Source: Deinococcota bacterium (lineage in GTDB: Bacteria > Deinococcota > Deinococci > Deinococcales > Thermaceae). From it: a DNA stretch of 64,000 bases. The position numbers were made by a program, and so were the translations under genes. This document shows, in pieces, positions 1-8,977 of this stretch; the first letter of the stretch is position 1; every line of letters starts with the position of its first letter. Under the pieces are notes generated by a model. The model did not search any database. It saw only the letters and a program-made list of their open reading frames with translations, and had not been told where the DNA came from. Location: contig JBGFRI010000001.1 in the NCBI GenBank assembly GCA_041695225.1, positions 1 to 64,000 of the forward strand. Reading direction: 5' to 3'.

Positions 1-117
1 TATCAGGCCTGAGCAGCCTTTGCTTGGTTAGGCCCAAGGCGAGCAGTTCATTGCCAAGCCACAGGGGCAGACGATCGGAGGGCTACGCCTTGAACCTAAT
101 ACCAGTTTGTCATACAG

Positions 118-254
118 ACGACAGGAATAGGTTTTTCTCGTCATTGCGAGCCTGAGGCGTAGCCGAAGGGGAAGCAATCCAGATCACCCCGGTGGCTGAT
201 GGGCTTACGCCGCTCTCCTGGATTGCTTCGTCGGCCTGTGGCCTCCTCGCAAGG
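118..254 (+). repeat. Dispersed palindromic repeat family A, copy 1
   Basis: TCATTGCGAG...GAAGCAATCCAG-spacer-CTGGATTGCTTC...CTCGCAA; homologous copies at 31038, 39087 and 44799 (reverse). Confidence 0.85.
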
Positions 255-270
255 CATGTTCTTGCTCCCC

Positions 271-308
271 GGTGCACGGAGTTTGCTCCGTCCCAAAGGG
301 GATCGTCC
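271..308. repeat. Intergenic double-hairpin repeat (family D), also present twice inside glnS
   Basis: 33/38 identity to the unit at 19628-19665. Confidence 0.8.
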
Positions 309-315
309 GCCAGCC

Positions 316-344
316 TTGACGTGCTGTACTTTCCTGTCTATGAT
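316..344 (+). promoter_or_regulatory. Sigma-70 promoter of the tRNA-Met pair
   Basis: TTGACG-17 nt-TATGAT. Confidence 0.8.
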
Positions 345-427
345 TGAGTTTGCGGCTGTTGGGGCCGATACCCCATTAGACCAGGGCGCAGGGTGGCGTT
401 CAGCAAACCTGCCTTTGAGCCTCTCGT

Positions 428-506
<79 letters not shown>

Positions 507-529
507 ACCATGCGCCTTCCGGCGCACCT

Positions 530-606
530 GGCTATGTAGCTCAGCTGGTTAGAGCACACGACTCATAATCGTGGTGTCGGCGGTTCAAGTCCGCCCATAG
601 CCACCA
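530..606 (+). tRNA. tRNA-Met (CAT), elongator type
   Basis: GGCTATG/CATAGCC acceptor stem, CAT anticodon, GGTTCAAGTCC T arm, CCA; tRNA-Ile2 not fully excluded. Confidence 0.9.
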
Positions 607-607
607 C

Positions 608-640
608 AAAGCTTCCTGCGTCAATGGCAGGAGGCTTTTG
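608..640 (+). terminator. Intrinsic terminator after the tRNAs
   Basis: AAAGCTTCCTGC-loop-GCAGGAGGCTTTT. Confidence 0.65.
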
Positions 641-770
641 AATTTTGCCTAGTATCGCACACCGCAAAACCCTTTGGGTGAGCAGTTGCCTGCAAACCAC
701 CCCTTAGCAGAAACGCTCTTCTGTCCTGTGACCTACTCCCCAATCCCTGGTTTGCGGTAGATTTGGGGTT

Positions 771-1592
771 ATGAGTTCGACCTACGACCAGATCCGGCAG
801 ACGGTAAACCATATTCGTGCCCAGACCGACTTTGTGCCCGAACTGGGCATGGTGCTGGGCACTGGGCTGGGGCCGCTGGCCGACGAGATTGAGGCGGTTG
901 CCAGTTTCTCCTATGACTCGTTACCTAACTTTCCACACTCCACCGCGCCAGGGCACGAGGGAAAGCTGGTTTTGGGGCGTCTGGAAGGTAAAAACGTACT
1001 GGGCTATAAGGGCCGGGTGCATTGCTACGAAGGCTACACCCCAGCCCAGGCGGCTTTTCCCCAGCGGGCAGGTTTTTTTCTGGGGGCCAAAACTTTCATC
1101 CTTACCTCGGCAGCAGGGGGACTCAACCCTGGCTGGAGCGCAGGAGAGCTAATGCTGCATGGCGACTACATCAACTATGCTTCGCTCTCTCCTCTAACTG
1201 GCCCAAACGACGAACGCCTGGGGCCACGCTTTCCGGTTATGTTCGATGCCTACGATCCCCAGCTGCGGGCGCTGGCCCACAAGGTAGCCCGCGCCCAGGA
1301 TTTCGCCCTGCGTGAAGGGGTGTATGCCTGGTGGCCTGGTCCGCAATTTGCCAGCCGGGCCGAACTTAAGCTACTGCGCGAACTGGGGGCCGATGCCATC
1401 GGGATGTCCACGGTGCCCGAGGTGACTGCGCTTAGGCATCTGGGAGCGCGGGTGCTGGGCCTCTCGACCATCACCGACATGGCCGTGCCGGAGCGCGACC
1501 ATCACGCCACCGAGCAGGAAGTGCTGGCGGTAGCGGCGCGCAGTGGAGCATTATTCCGCAAGTTTGTGCGGGGTATTCTGGCGGCGATATGA
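771..1592 (+). CDS. Purine nucleoside phosphorylase (trimeric PNP/MTAP family)
   Basis: LGTGLG, GHEG, GRVHCYEG and GADAIGMSTVPEV motifs. Confidence 0.92.
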   Translation: MSSTYDQIRQTVNHIRAQTDFVPELGMVLGTGLGPLADEIEAVASFSYDSLPNFPHSTAPGHEGKLVLGRLEGKNVLGYKGRVHCYEGYTPAQAAFPQRAGFFLGAKTFILTSAAGGLNPGWSAGELMLHGDYINYASLSPLTGPNDERLGPRFPVMFDAYDPQLRALAHKVARAQDFALREGVYAWWPGPQFASRAELKLLRELGADAIGMSTVPEVTALRHLGARVLGLSTITDMAVPERDHHATEQEVLAVAARSGALFRKFVRGILAAI

Positions 1593-1637
1593 GCAGGACA
1601 GGCCTACAAACTTACCTGCGACCTGCGACTTTTTAGC

Positions 1638-2282
1638 ATGAGCCTTCCTAAAGTCTTAGAGTGCATCGAAAAAGCCTGTAGCCGGGCGGGGCGTGACACC
1701 CAAGGGGTTCGGCTGGTGGTTGTGACCAAAGGGCACTCGGTTGCAGAGATTCGCGAACAGGTGTTGCGGTTCGGTAGCTTTCCCCTGGGGGAGTCGCGCA
1801 TCCAGGAGGCGTTGCCCAAGATGGATGAGCTGACGGCAGAGTGGCACTTTATCGGGCCGCTCCAGCGCAACAAGGCCAGGTTTGCGGTGCGTTTTGACCT
1901 GGTTCACTCCATTGATTCGCTGCGACTGGCCCAGGCTGTGGCCCGCAAGGCAGTGGAGATCGGAAAGGTGCAGCCGGTGCTGCTCGAGCTCAACCTGGGG
2001 CGTGAGCCGCAAAAGCATGGGCTGTTCGAAGAAGAGCTGCCAGAGGCGCTGGCCCAGATGCGGGATATGGAAGGGCTCAGTGTGCAGGGCTTGATGACGG
2101 TTCCACCATTTAGCGAAAATCCCGAGGTAGTGCGGCCTATCTTTACCCAGCTCTCGAGGCTGGCCGACCAGTACCAGTTACCCGAACGCAGCATGGGGAT
2201 GTCAGGCGATTTTGAGGTAGCGGTGGAGGAAGGCGCAACCCTGGTGCGGGTTGGGCGGGCAATCTTCGAGGCTGATGCCTGA
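1638..2282 (+). CDS. yggS: PLP homeostasis protein YggS/PROSC
   Basis: VTK, WHFIGPLQRNK and SMGMSGDFEVAVEEGATLVRVG motifs. Confidence 0.95.
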   Translation: MSLPKVLECIEKACSRAGRDTQGVRLVVVTKGHSVAEIREQVLRFGSFPLGESRIQEALPKMDELTAEWHFIGPLQRNKARFAVRFDLVHSIDSLRLAQAVARKAVEIGKVQPVLLELNLGREPQKHGLFEEELPEALAQMRDMEGLSVQGLMTVPPFSENPEVVRPIFTQLSRLADQYQLPERSMGMSGDFEVAVEEGATLVRVGRAIFEADA

Positions 2283-2354
2283 GACCGGGGATCGTTTTTC
2301 GGCGGGCTGTAGTAGTCTAAAGCGGTGGAAGAGCGCATGACCGGTGAGTTTCGT

Positions 2355-2819
2355 ATGTCGCGCAACGAGCGGAGCGACCTGACTCCCCTGGATATTCGCT
2401 ACCAGGAGTTCCGCCTGGGCTTGCGGGGCTATTCGGTGGGTGAGGTGCGGGAGTATCTGGGCAGGGTGGCAGACGTGCAGACCGCTTTGATTGAAGAGAG
2501 CGAGCGCCTGCGAAACTATATCCGCGAGCTCGAGGCCGAGCTGGCCAAATCAAGGGAGGGCGAGGCCGAGCTTAAGCGGGCGGTGGTAGCTGCGGAGCGC
2601 ATCGCCCGTGAGATTAAAGTACAAGCAGAGCGCGAAGCCGACCTGATCAGGCGCGAAACCGAGGCCGAACGGCAAGCAGCCTTGCAGGAGCTAGTCGAGC
2701 AGATGAAGCGCATCAAAACCGATATTGAACAAGTGCGCAACGAGCGTGAACTGTTTGTGGGCCAGTTTAAGGCCCTTCTAGAAGGCTACCTGACTTCGCT
2801 GGAGAGGTTCAAACGCTAG
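2355..2819 (+). CDS. divIVA: DivIVA domain protein
   Basis: LTPLDI..EF..GLRGY...EV..YL N-terminus followed by coiled coil; downstream of yggS; start could be 2337. Confidence 0.88.
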   Translation: MSRNERSDLTPLDIRYQEFRLGLRGYSVGEVREYLGRVADVQTALIEESERLRNYIRELEAELAKSREGEAELKRAVVAAERIAREIKVQAEREADLIRRETEAERQAALQELVEQMKRIKTDIEQVRNERELFVGQFKALLEGYLTSLERFKR

Positions 2820-2918
2820 GAATATGCCGCATTGTCACCTGCCAATTTTGGATCGGGGTGGGAGTGGAATCGGAGTGAAATCTTAGTGGACATTACAAAG
2901 AGGCCTTTGGTTGAAGCA

Positions 2919-3070
2919 ATACACTGGGTGACGGAGCGGTCTAAGATGCGGATGATTAGTCCATACACTGGGCGACGGAGTGGCCTGGGATGGGGGTGAG
3001 TAGCGCTAGCAGCTGTCGAACGCCGAAGGTCAAAGATCTAAGGTCGAAGGTCGAAAGACCTTCGACCTTA
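2919..3070 (+). repeat. Repeat family B copy with a duplicated 5' part and heptamer tail
   Basis: ATACACTGGGyGACGGAG twice (period 44), then GGGTGAGTAGCGCTA..GCTGTCGAA.GCCGAAGGTCAAAG as at 16685 and 58149. Confidence 0.75.
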
Positions 3071-3104
3071 GATCTTTCTCAATTTTGGAGAATGCTGCTT
3101 CTGC

Positions 3105-3133
3105 TTGACCCCAGTCCCAAACGAGGCTATACT
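3105..3133 (+). promoter_or_regulatory. rpsO promoter
   Basis: TTGACC-17 nt-TATACT. Confidence 0.85.
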
Positions 3134-3218
3134 CCTTAGTTGGCCTGCATTCTTCTCAACGCCAGGCCAGGAGGAAGCCCCGGTCAACATGCTGCGGCTC
3201 ACCCGACAGGAGACAAAA

Positions 3219-3488
3219 ATGCCATTCACCAGAGAAGACAAAGCCAGCGTAATTGAGCAACACGCCCACAATACAGGTGATACCGGCTCTACCGAGGTAC
3301 AGGTGGCCCTACTCACCGAACGTATCAATCGTCTGTCCTCCCACCTAACTGCTAACAAGAATGACGTGGCGGCCAAACGTGGTTTGCTAACCCTGGTAGG
3401 GCAGCGCAAGCGGCTACTGAGCTATCTCGAGGACAAGGACAAAGCCCGTTACAAAGCTCTGATCGAAAAGCTCGGGCTGCGTAAGTAA
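3219..3488 (+). CDS. rpsO: 30S ribosomal protein S15
   Basis: DTGSTEVQVALLTERI...RGLLTLVGQRKRLL; 89 aa; SD AGGAG. Confidence 0.98.
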   Translation: MPFTREDKASVIEQHAHNTGDTGSTEVQVALLTERINRLSSHLTANKNDVAAKRGLLTLVGQRKRLLSYLEDKDKARYKALIEKLGLRK

Positions 3489-3784
3489 AACCACTTTGGG
3501 GCAAGCCCTGACTGGTTCTATCATGTACAATGCTTCTGGCTCGATGGGTGGGGCCGGGACTGGCCCTGCTAATAGATCGAAGCTATGTCGAAATCGCCTC
3601 GAGACTTTTGTTGCGTGGCCCACCACTCCCAGCATGTTCCCAACAGCGCCCTGCCCCTTCCACGTCCGTACTGAGCGCCTCCAGTATCACTCGCTTGGCC
3701 CGATGCTACTAAAGGCCAGGCTAGCAATTATCAATTCAGCCTACCAGCGCACCCAGCGCTTTAACTGGGCTACCAGGAGTTAGC

Positions 3785-5926
3785 ATGAACGGAGAAAATT
3801 CGATACCCCTAGGCAGGCGCTATAGCGTGGATCTGGGGGGGCGCACCCTGACCATCGAGACAGGAAAATTTGCCAAGCACGTCTCTGGCTCGGTCTGGGT
3901 TAGCTATGGCGAGACTGTGGTGATGGCCACTGCCCAGGCTTCTGCTGCCCCCATCCAGGCCGATTTCTTGCCCCTAACGGTAGAGTTTGAAGAACGGCAT
4001 TATGCCGTAGGACGCATTCCCGGCAGCTTTATGCGGCGCGAAGGGCGGCCCGGCGAGAAAGCGATTCTGTCGGCACGCCTGACCGACCGCCCCATCCGGC
4101 CCTTGTTTCCCAAGGGTTTCCGGCATGAAGTGCAGGTCTTGTTGACGGTGCTCTCTGCCGACCAGGAGAACACCCCGGACATCCTGGGGCCAATTGCCGC
4201 CAGTGCTGCCCTGATGCTCTCCGACATCCCCTGGGATGGTCCTATTGCTGCGGTACGGGTAGGCTTGCAGGAGGGCCGTCTGGTGCTTAACCCAGTGGTC
4301 CAGGAGGATAGCAAGCTCGACCTGGTGGTCGCCGCCTCCAAAGAGGCCATCATCATGGTGGAAGCAGGAGCCCTGGAAGTCTCGGAAGACCAGTTAGTGC
4401 AGGCGCTCGAGTTTGCCCATCGGGCCATGCTGCCCATGCTGGAGATGCAGGAGCAGATGCGCCGTGAGTTGGGCAAGAAAAAGTTCGCCCATGTGCCGCC
4501 GGTCAGGCTCGACCCCGAGACCCAGGTCGCCCTTTACCAACGGGCCCTGGCAAACGGTCTCTCGGCCGTCTTACAGACTGCTTCCAAGGGCGAGCGCTCG
4601 GAGGCGCTGGAAGCCTTTGGCGAAGCCCTTATAGATGAGTTCGTGCCCAGCCGCGAAGATGGCTCGGTGGATCTGGTGCGGCGCAAACTGGTTGCCGAGG
4701 GCTTTGACGAGGTGGTCAAAGAAGAGCTACGCCGACTGGTGCTGCAGGGGAAACGAGCCGACGGCCGGAGCCCCCAGCAGGTACGGCCCATCTGGATCCA
4801 GACTAATGTACTGCCCAAACCCCATGGCTCGGCCGTGTTTAGCCGGGGCGAGACCCAGGTTCTGGGCGTAGTCACGCTGGGCACCGGGCGGGATGCCCAG
4901 CTGGTGGACGACCTGGGCCTCGAGACCGAAGACCCCTTTCTGGTGCACTACAACTTCCCCCCCTATTCCACCGGCGAGGTCAAGCGCCTGCGCGGGGTGA
5001 GCCGTCGCGAGGTAGGTCATGGCAACCTGGCCAAGCGTGCTCTGCGAGCTGTGCTGCCCTCGGAAGAGGAGTTCCCTTACACCATCCGGGTAGTGGGGGA
5101 CGTACTGGAGTCCAATGGCTCCTCCAGTATGGCTACAGTATGCGCCGGCTGCCTGGCTTTACTGGACGCTGGGGTTCCGCTAAAAAAGCATGTGGCCGGC
5201 GTGGCTATGGGTCTGGTTAAGGAAGGCGACCAGGCGGTAGTTCTAACCGATATTCTGGGGCTGGAGGATGCCCTAGGTGATATGGACTTCAAGGTTACCG
5301 GCACCCGCGATGGGGTAACCGCACTGCAGATGGACATCAAGATCAAAGGGCTGACCGCCGAAACCATGCGGGCGGCTCTGTACCAGGCCCGCGAGGCCCG
5401 CCTGCATATCCTGGGCCTGATGGAGGCCGCTGTTCCCACCCACCGCGAGGTGTTGAAGCCTCAGGTGCCGCGCATCCTGACCCTCAAAGTTAACCCGGAG
5501 AAAATTGGCGGGATCATCGGGCCGGGTGGAAAAAACATCCGCGCCCTGGAAGAGCTGGGTGTGGAGATTGATATTGAGCAAGATGGCACCATCCGGCTTT
5601 ATAGCACAAACGGGGCTGCTGCCGAGGAGGCCAGGGCCCGTATTCTGGGCCAGACCGCAGAGGCCAGACTAGGAGAGGTTTACGAGGGTAAGGTTATCCG
5701 CATTACCAACTTCGGGGCCTTTATCGAGATCCTGCCGGGCAAGGATGGCTTGTTGCACATCAGCCAGCTAGCCCAGGGGCGGATTGAGAAAGTGGAAGAT
5801 GTGCTCAAGCTGGGCGACAGGATCAAGGTTAAGGTCAACAAAATAGACGAACAAGGCCGGGTGGACTTGATCCGCCCGGAACTCGAGGGCCTGGTCGCAC
5901 CGCGCAAACCTCCGGTCAGGCGCTGA
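3785..5926 (+). CDS. pnp: Polyribonucleotide nucleotidyltransferase
   Basis: Two RNase PH domains ([16 protein letters not shown]), KH (IIGPGGKNI) and S1. Confidence 0.98.
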   Translation: MNGENSIPLGRRYSVDLGGRTLTIETGKFAKHVSGSVWVSYGETVVMATAQASAAPIQADFLPLTVEFEERHYAVGRIPGSFMRREGRPGEKAILSARLTDRPIRPLFPKGFRHEVQVLLTVLSADQENTPDILGPIAASAALMLSDIPWDGPIAAVRVGLQEGRLVLNPVVQEDSKLDLVVAASKEAIIMVEAGALEVSEDQLVQALEFAHRAMLPMLEMQEQMRRELGKKKFAHVPPVRLDPETQVALYQRALANGLSAVLQTASKGERSEALEAFGEALIDEFVPSREDGSVDLVRRKLVAEGFDEVVKEELRRLVLQGKRADGRSPQQVRPIWIQTNVLPKPHGSAVFSRGETQVLGVVTLGTGRDAQLVDDLGLETEDPFLVHYNFPPYSTGEVKRLRGVSRREVGHGNLAKRALRAVLPSEEEFPYTIRVVGDVLESNGSSSMATVCAGCLALLDAGVPLKKHVAGVAMGLVKEGDQAVVLTDILGLEDALGDMDFKVTGTRDGVTALQMDIKIKGLTAETMRAALYQAREARLHILGLMEAAVPTHREVLKPQVPRILTLKVNPEKIGGIIGPGGKNIRALEELGVEIDIEQDGTIRLYSTNGAAAEEARARILGQTAEARLGEVYEGKVIRITNFGAFIEILPGKDGLLHISQLAQGRIEKVEDVLKLGDRIKVKVNKIDEQGRVDLIRPELEGLVAPRKPPVRR

Positions 5927-6064
5927 TAAGACCGCTTTACAAAAGGTTCTGGCAGATATGGCATCTTGCTATGACCCAGTACCCAGGGTGCGCCCGAAAG
6001 CACTGTCGGGCCGAGCTATCACCAGAGCCAGGCCCTTATCCCAGTCCGAATAGATGGAGCAACA

Positions 6065-7795
6065 ATGAACGACAACCCACCTTTTAGTCGTCCCAGAGGG
6101 CCGCGCAAGCGGCAAGAAAGACCCAAACCAAAAGGGCCGGTCGTGCTCGGCAGACCCGATGGCGCCGTCGAGATCGTCTTTCTGGGCGGCACCGGCGAGA
6201 TCGGCAAGAACATTACCGCAGTCCGCTACGAAGACGAGATGTTCATCATAGATGGGGGCCTGGCCTTCCCAGATGAGCGCATGCTGGGCGTGGATATTGT
6301 CATTCCACGCATAGACTATCTGGTACAACACAAAGAGCTGATCAGGGGCTGGGTGCTTACCCACGGCCACGAAGACCATATCGGGGCCCTGCCCTACCTG
6401 TTTCCCCAGTTGCCGCGGGTTCCGGTATATGGGGCCAAGCTCACCCTGGGACTGGTCAAGGGAAAACTCGAGGAATTTGGGCTAGGCGTCGGGGAATACA
6501 ATTTCAAGGAGGTCTCCCCCGATGATCAGATCTCTATAGGACGCTATTTCCAGCTCGATTTGTTTCGCATGACCCACTCCATCCCCGACAATTTTGGCAT
6601 GGTCATTCACACCCCCATCGGCAAGATCGTGCATACCGGCGATTTCAAGCTGGACGAACGCCCCATAGATGGCAAGACCTCGCACCTGGAAAAAATAGCC
6701 CAGGCCGGCCTCGAGGGTGTGCTCTGCCTGATTGCCGACTCCACCAACGGCGAGCGTCCGGGCACCACCCCTACCGAGACCGAGGTGGCGGTAGAACTCG
6801 ATAAGGTGATTGGGGCTGCCAAAGGGCGTATCTTTGTGACCACTTTTGCCTCCCATATCCACCGCATCCAGTCGGTGGTCAGTTCGGGGGAAAAATATGG
6901 GCGAAAAATTGCCGTAGAGGGGCGCTCGATGCTCAAGTACGCCCGCATAGCGCTCGATCTGGGCTACTTTCAGCAAAAGGACCGCTTCTACACCCTCGAC
7001 GAGGTGAGGGATCTGCCCGACGAGCAGGTACTGGTGATTACCACCGGTTCTCAGGGGCAGCCCGAAGCCGTGCTGGCACGTCTGGCGGCGGGTAATCACG
7101 CCAAAATGACCATCCAGGAGGGTGACACGGTTATCCTTAGCAGCAGCCCCATTCCCGGCAACGAAGAGGCGGTAAATACCGTTATCAACCAGCTTTATGC
7201 GCTGGGGGCCTATGTTTTCTACCCACCTCGCTACCGTGTGCACGCCTCCGGCCACGCCAGCCACGAGGAGCTCAAGACCGTGCTGGGCCTGGCCCGGCCC
7301 AGGTTTTTGCTGCCCTGGCACGGTGAGATCCGCCAGCAGGTCAATTTCAAGTGGCTGGCTCAGAGCATACCCAATCCGCCGCAAAAAATCCTGATCCCCG
7401 AAAACGGGCGTCTGATCAAGCTGACCGCCAACAACATCGAGTTCGACGGCAAGGTTCCCCACGGCCAGCTTTATGTGGATGGGCTGGGAGTAGGTGACAT
7501 TACCGATGAAATCCTGCAAGACCGCCACCATATGGCTGCCGAGGGTGTGGTTATCATCACCGCGCTGGTCAGCCGCGAGCCGCTGGTAGAGGTGATCTCC
7601 AAGGGGTTTGTAAAGGCCGGTGAGCGTTTGTTGGGCGAGGTGCGCAAGATGGCTATGGAGTCGCTTTATAAAGGGGTTCGGGAAAAGAAGCGTCTGGAGG
7701 AGATTCGCGATGACATCTACTACCCGGTCAAAAAATTCATTGCCAAAAACACCGGACGCAACCCGGTCATTCTGCCCATCGTAATTGAGGGTTGA
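6065..7795 (+). CDS. rnj: Ribonuclease J
   Basis: THGHEDHIG, HTGDFK, HASGH beta-CASP motifs. Confidence 0.96.
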   Translation: MNDNPPFSRPRGPRKRQERPKPKGPVVLGRPDGAVEIVFLGGTGEIGKNITAVRYEDEMFIIDGGLAFPDERMLGVDIVIPRIDYLVQHKELIRGWVLTHGHEDHIGALPYLFPQLPRVPVYGAKLTLGLVKGKLEEFGLGVGEYNFKEVSPDDQISIGRYFQLDLFRMTHSIPDNFGMVIHTPIGKIVHTGDFKLDERPIDGKTSHLEKIAQAGLEGVLCLIADSTNGERPGTTPTETEVAVELDKVIGAAKGRIFVTTFASHIHRIQSVVSSGEKYGRKIAVEGRSMLKYARIALDLGYFQQKDRFYTLDEVRDLPDEQVLVITTGSQGQPEAVLARLAAGNHAKMTIQEGDTVILSSSPIPGNEEAVNTVINQLYALGAYVFYPPRYRVHASGHASHEELKTVLGLARPRFLLPWHGEIRQQVNFKWLAQSIPNPPQKILIPENGRLIKLTANNIEFDGKVPHGQLYVDGLGVGDITDEILQDRHHMAAEGVVIITALVSREPLVEVISKGFVKAGERLLGEVRKMAMESLYKGVREKKRLEEIRDDIYYPVKKFIAKNTGRNPVILPIVIEG

Positions 7796-7871
7796 TAGGC
7801 TCGGTAAAAAGCGTCTCGAGTTCAAAGCATTATGGGCTTTATGCGCAGTTCTTGCCCTTGTATTGCACAAC

Positions 7872-8687
7872 TCATTGCCCAGGGACCTGGTCTAACCTGG
7901 CCCTGGCAGCCGCATACATTGCCCGGACATCTGGCTTGACCCCTGTCCAGAGTTCAAAAGCCAGTGCTCCTTGCCAGACCAGCATGGGCAGTCCCCCCAG
8001 GGTAACTAAGCCCGCTTTTTGAGCCTCGCGCAACAGCCGGGTAATGGCGGGGTTGTAGACAATATCTACCACGGCACCCTCGCGCGGCAGTAAACCTTCA
8101 GGCAGGGGCGAGCTATGGGGGTCTTTCAACCCCACGCTAGTGGCGTTTATCAGCAGATCACAGCTTCTGACTGCGGCATCGAGCAAAGGCTCTGAGACCA
8201 GGTGCAGGCCAAATTCTTTGCACAGCTCTCTGGCCCGTTCCATACTGCGGTTGTAGACCGCCACATGCGCCCCTCTTTCCCTGAGCGCATAGGCAATTGC
8301 GCGGGCTGCTCCCCCAGCCCCCAGGACCAGGGTTTTCTTGTTACGGTAAGGTATACCGGCTTCGTCCAGACCCGAGATAAACCCCAGACCATCGGTGTTA
8401 TAGCCAATGAGACGATGCCCCTTACACACAATTGTATTGACCGCGCCAATGGCTCTGGCCTCTGGGGTCAGTTCGTCCAGATAGGCCATTACACTTTCTT
8501 TATGCGGAATGGTCACACTGGCCCCCGTATACTCCCGCCTGATCTCTTGCAAACGCGCCCGCAAGAACTGGGGTGGCGTCTTTAGCGCCCGATACGAGCC
8601 ACTCAACCCCGCAGCTCGCAAAGCAGCCTCATGTATAGCTGGCGACAGTGAATGCTCTACCGGGAATCCAATCAAACCAAGTTTCAC
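7872..8687 (-). CDS. aroE: Shikimate dehydrogenase
   Basis: HSLSP, VTIPHK, GAVNT, NTD, GAGGAA motifs; start set at the GTG 6 nt after TAGAAT (8690 also possible). Confidence 0.95.
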   Translation of the reverse strand: MKLGLIGFPVEHSLSPAIHEAALRAAGLSGSYRALKTPPQFLRARLQEIRREYTGASVTIPHKESVMAYLDELTPEARAIGAVNTIVCKGHRLIGYNTDGLGFISGLDEAGIPYRNKKTLVLGAGGAARAIAYALRERGAHVAVYNRSMERARELCKEFGLHLVSEPLLDAAVRSCDLLINATSVGLKDPHSSPLPEGLLPREGAVVDIVYNPAITRLLREAQKAGLVTLGGLPMLVWQGALAFELWTGVKPDVRAMYAAARARLDQVPGQ

Positions 8688-8977
8688 CACAGGATTCTAC
8701 GCCGCATGTGGCCTTATGCCAAAGCCTCAACGCATTCGACCTGAGTTGAGCCTGGTGGTCTGCCAAAAGAAGGCCTCAGGACCGAGATGGTCCCCCACGG
8801 GACGCGGAGCACACACCAAAGTGACCATCCCCTTCAAATCACTACAGCGGCTTTGTAGTGGGGTAACAAGATTCCCAAAAACCTTGCGCAACCTGTGGAC
8901 TCGTCAAAAGTCGGAGGTCAAAGGTCATCTGTTGTAACCAAACGGAAAACCCGGCTGGGCTTGTTAGAATGTGGGCC

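Noticed and set aside
2919..3006. Two 44-nt period repeats as a possible CRISPR array
   Set aside because: Only two degenerate units, no unique spacers and no cas genes; part of family B
3105..3218. N-terminal extension of S15 in the ORF track
   Set aside because: The TTG is the -35 box; the SD-led ATG at 3219 gives the normal 89 aa
6482..7870. 462-aa antisense ORF, and similar long shadow ORFs over trpB, glnS, the cyclase and malE
   Set aside because: Antisense to clear conserved genes; expected from GC-rich codon bias
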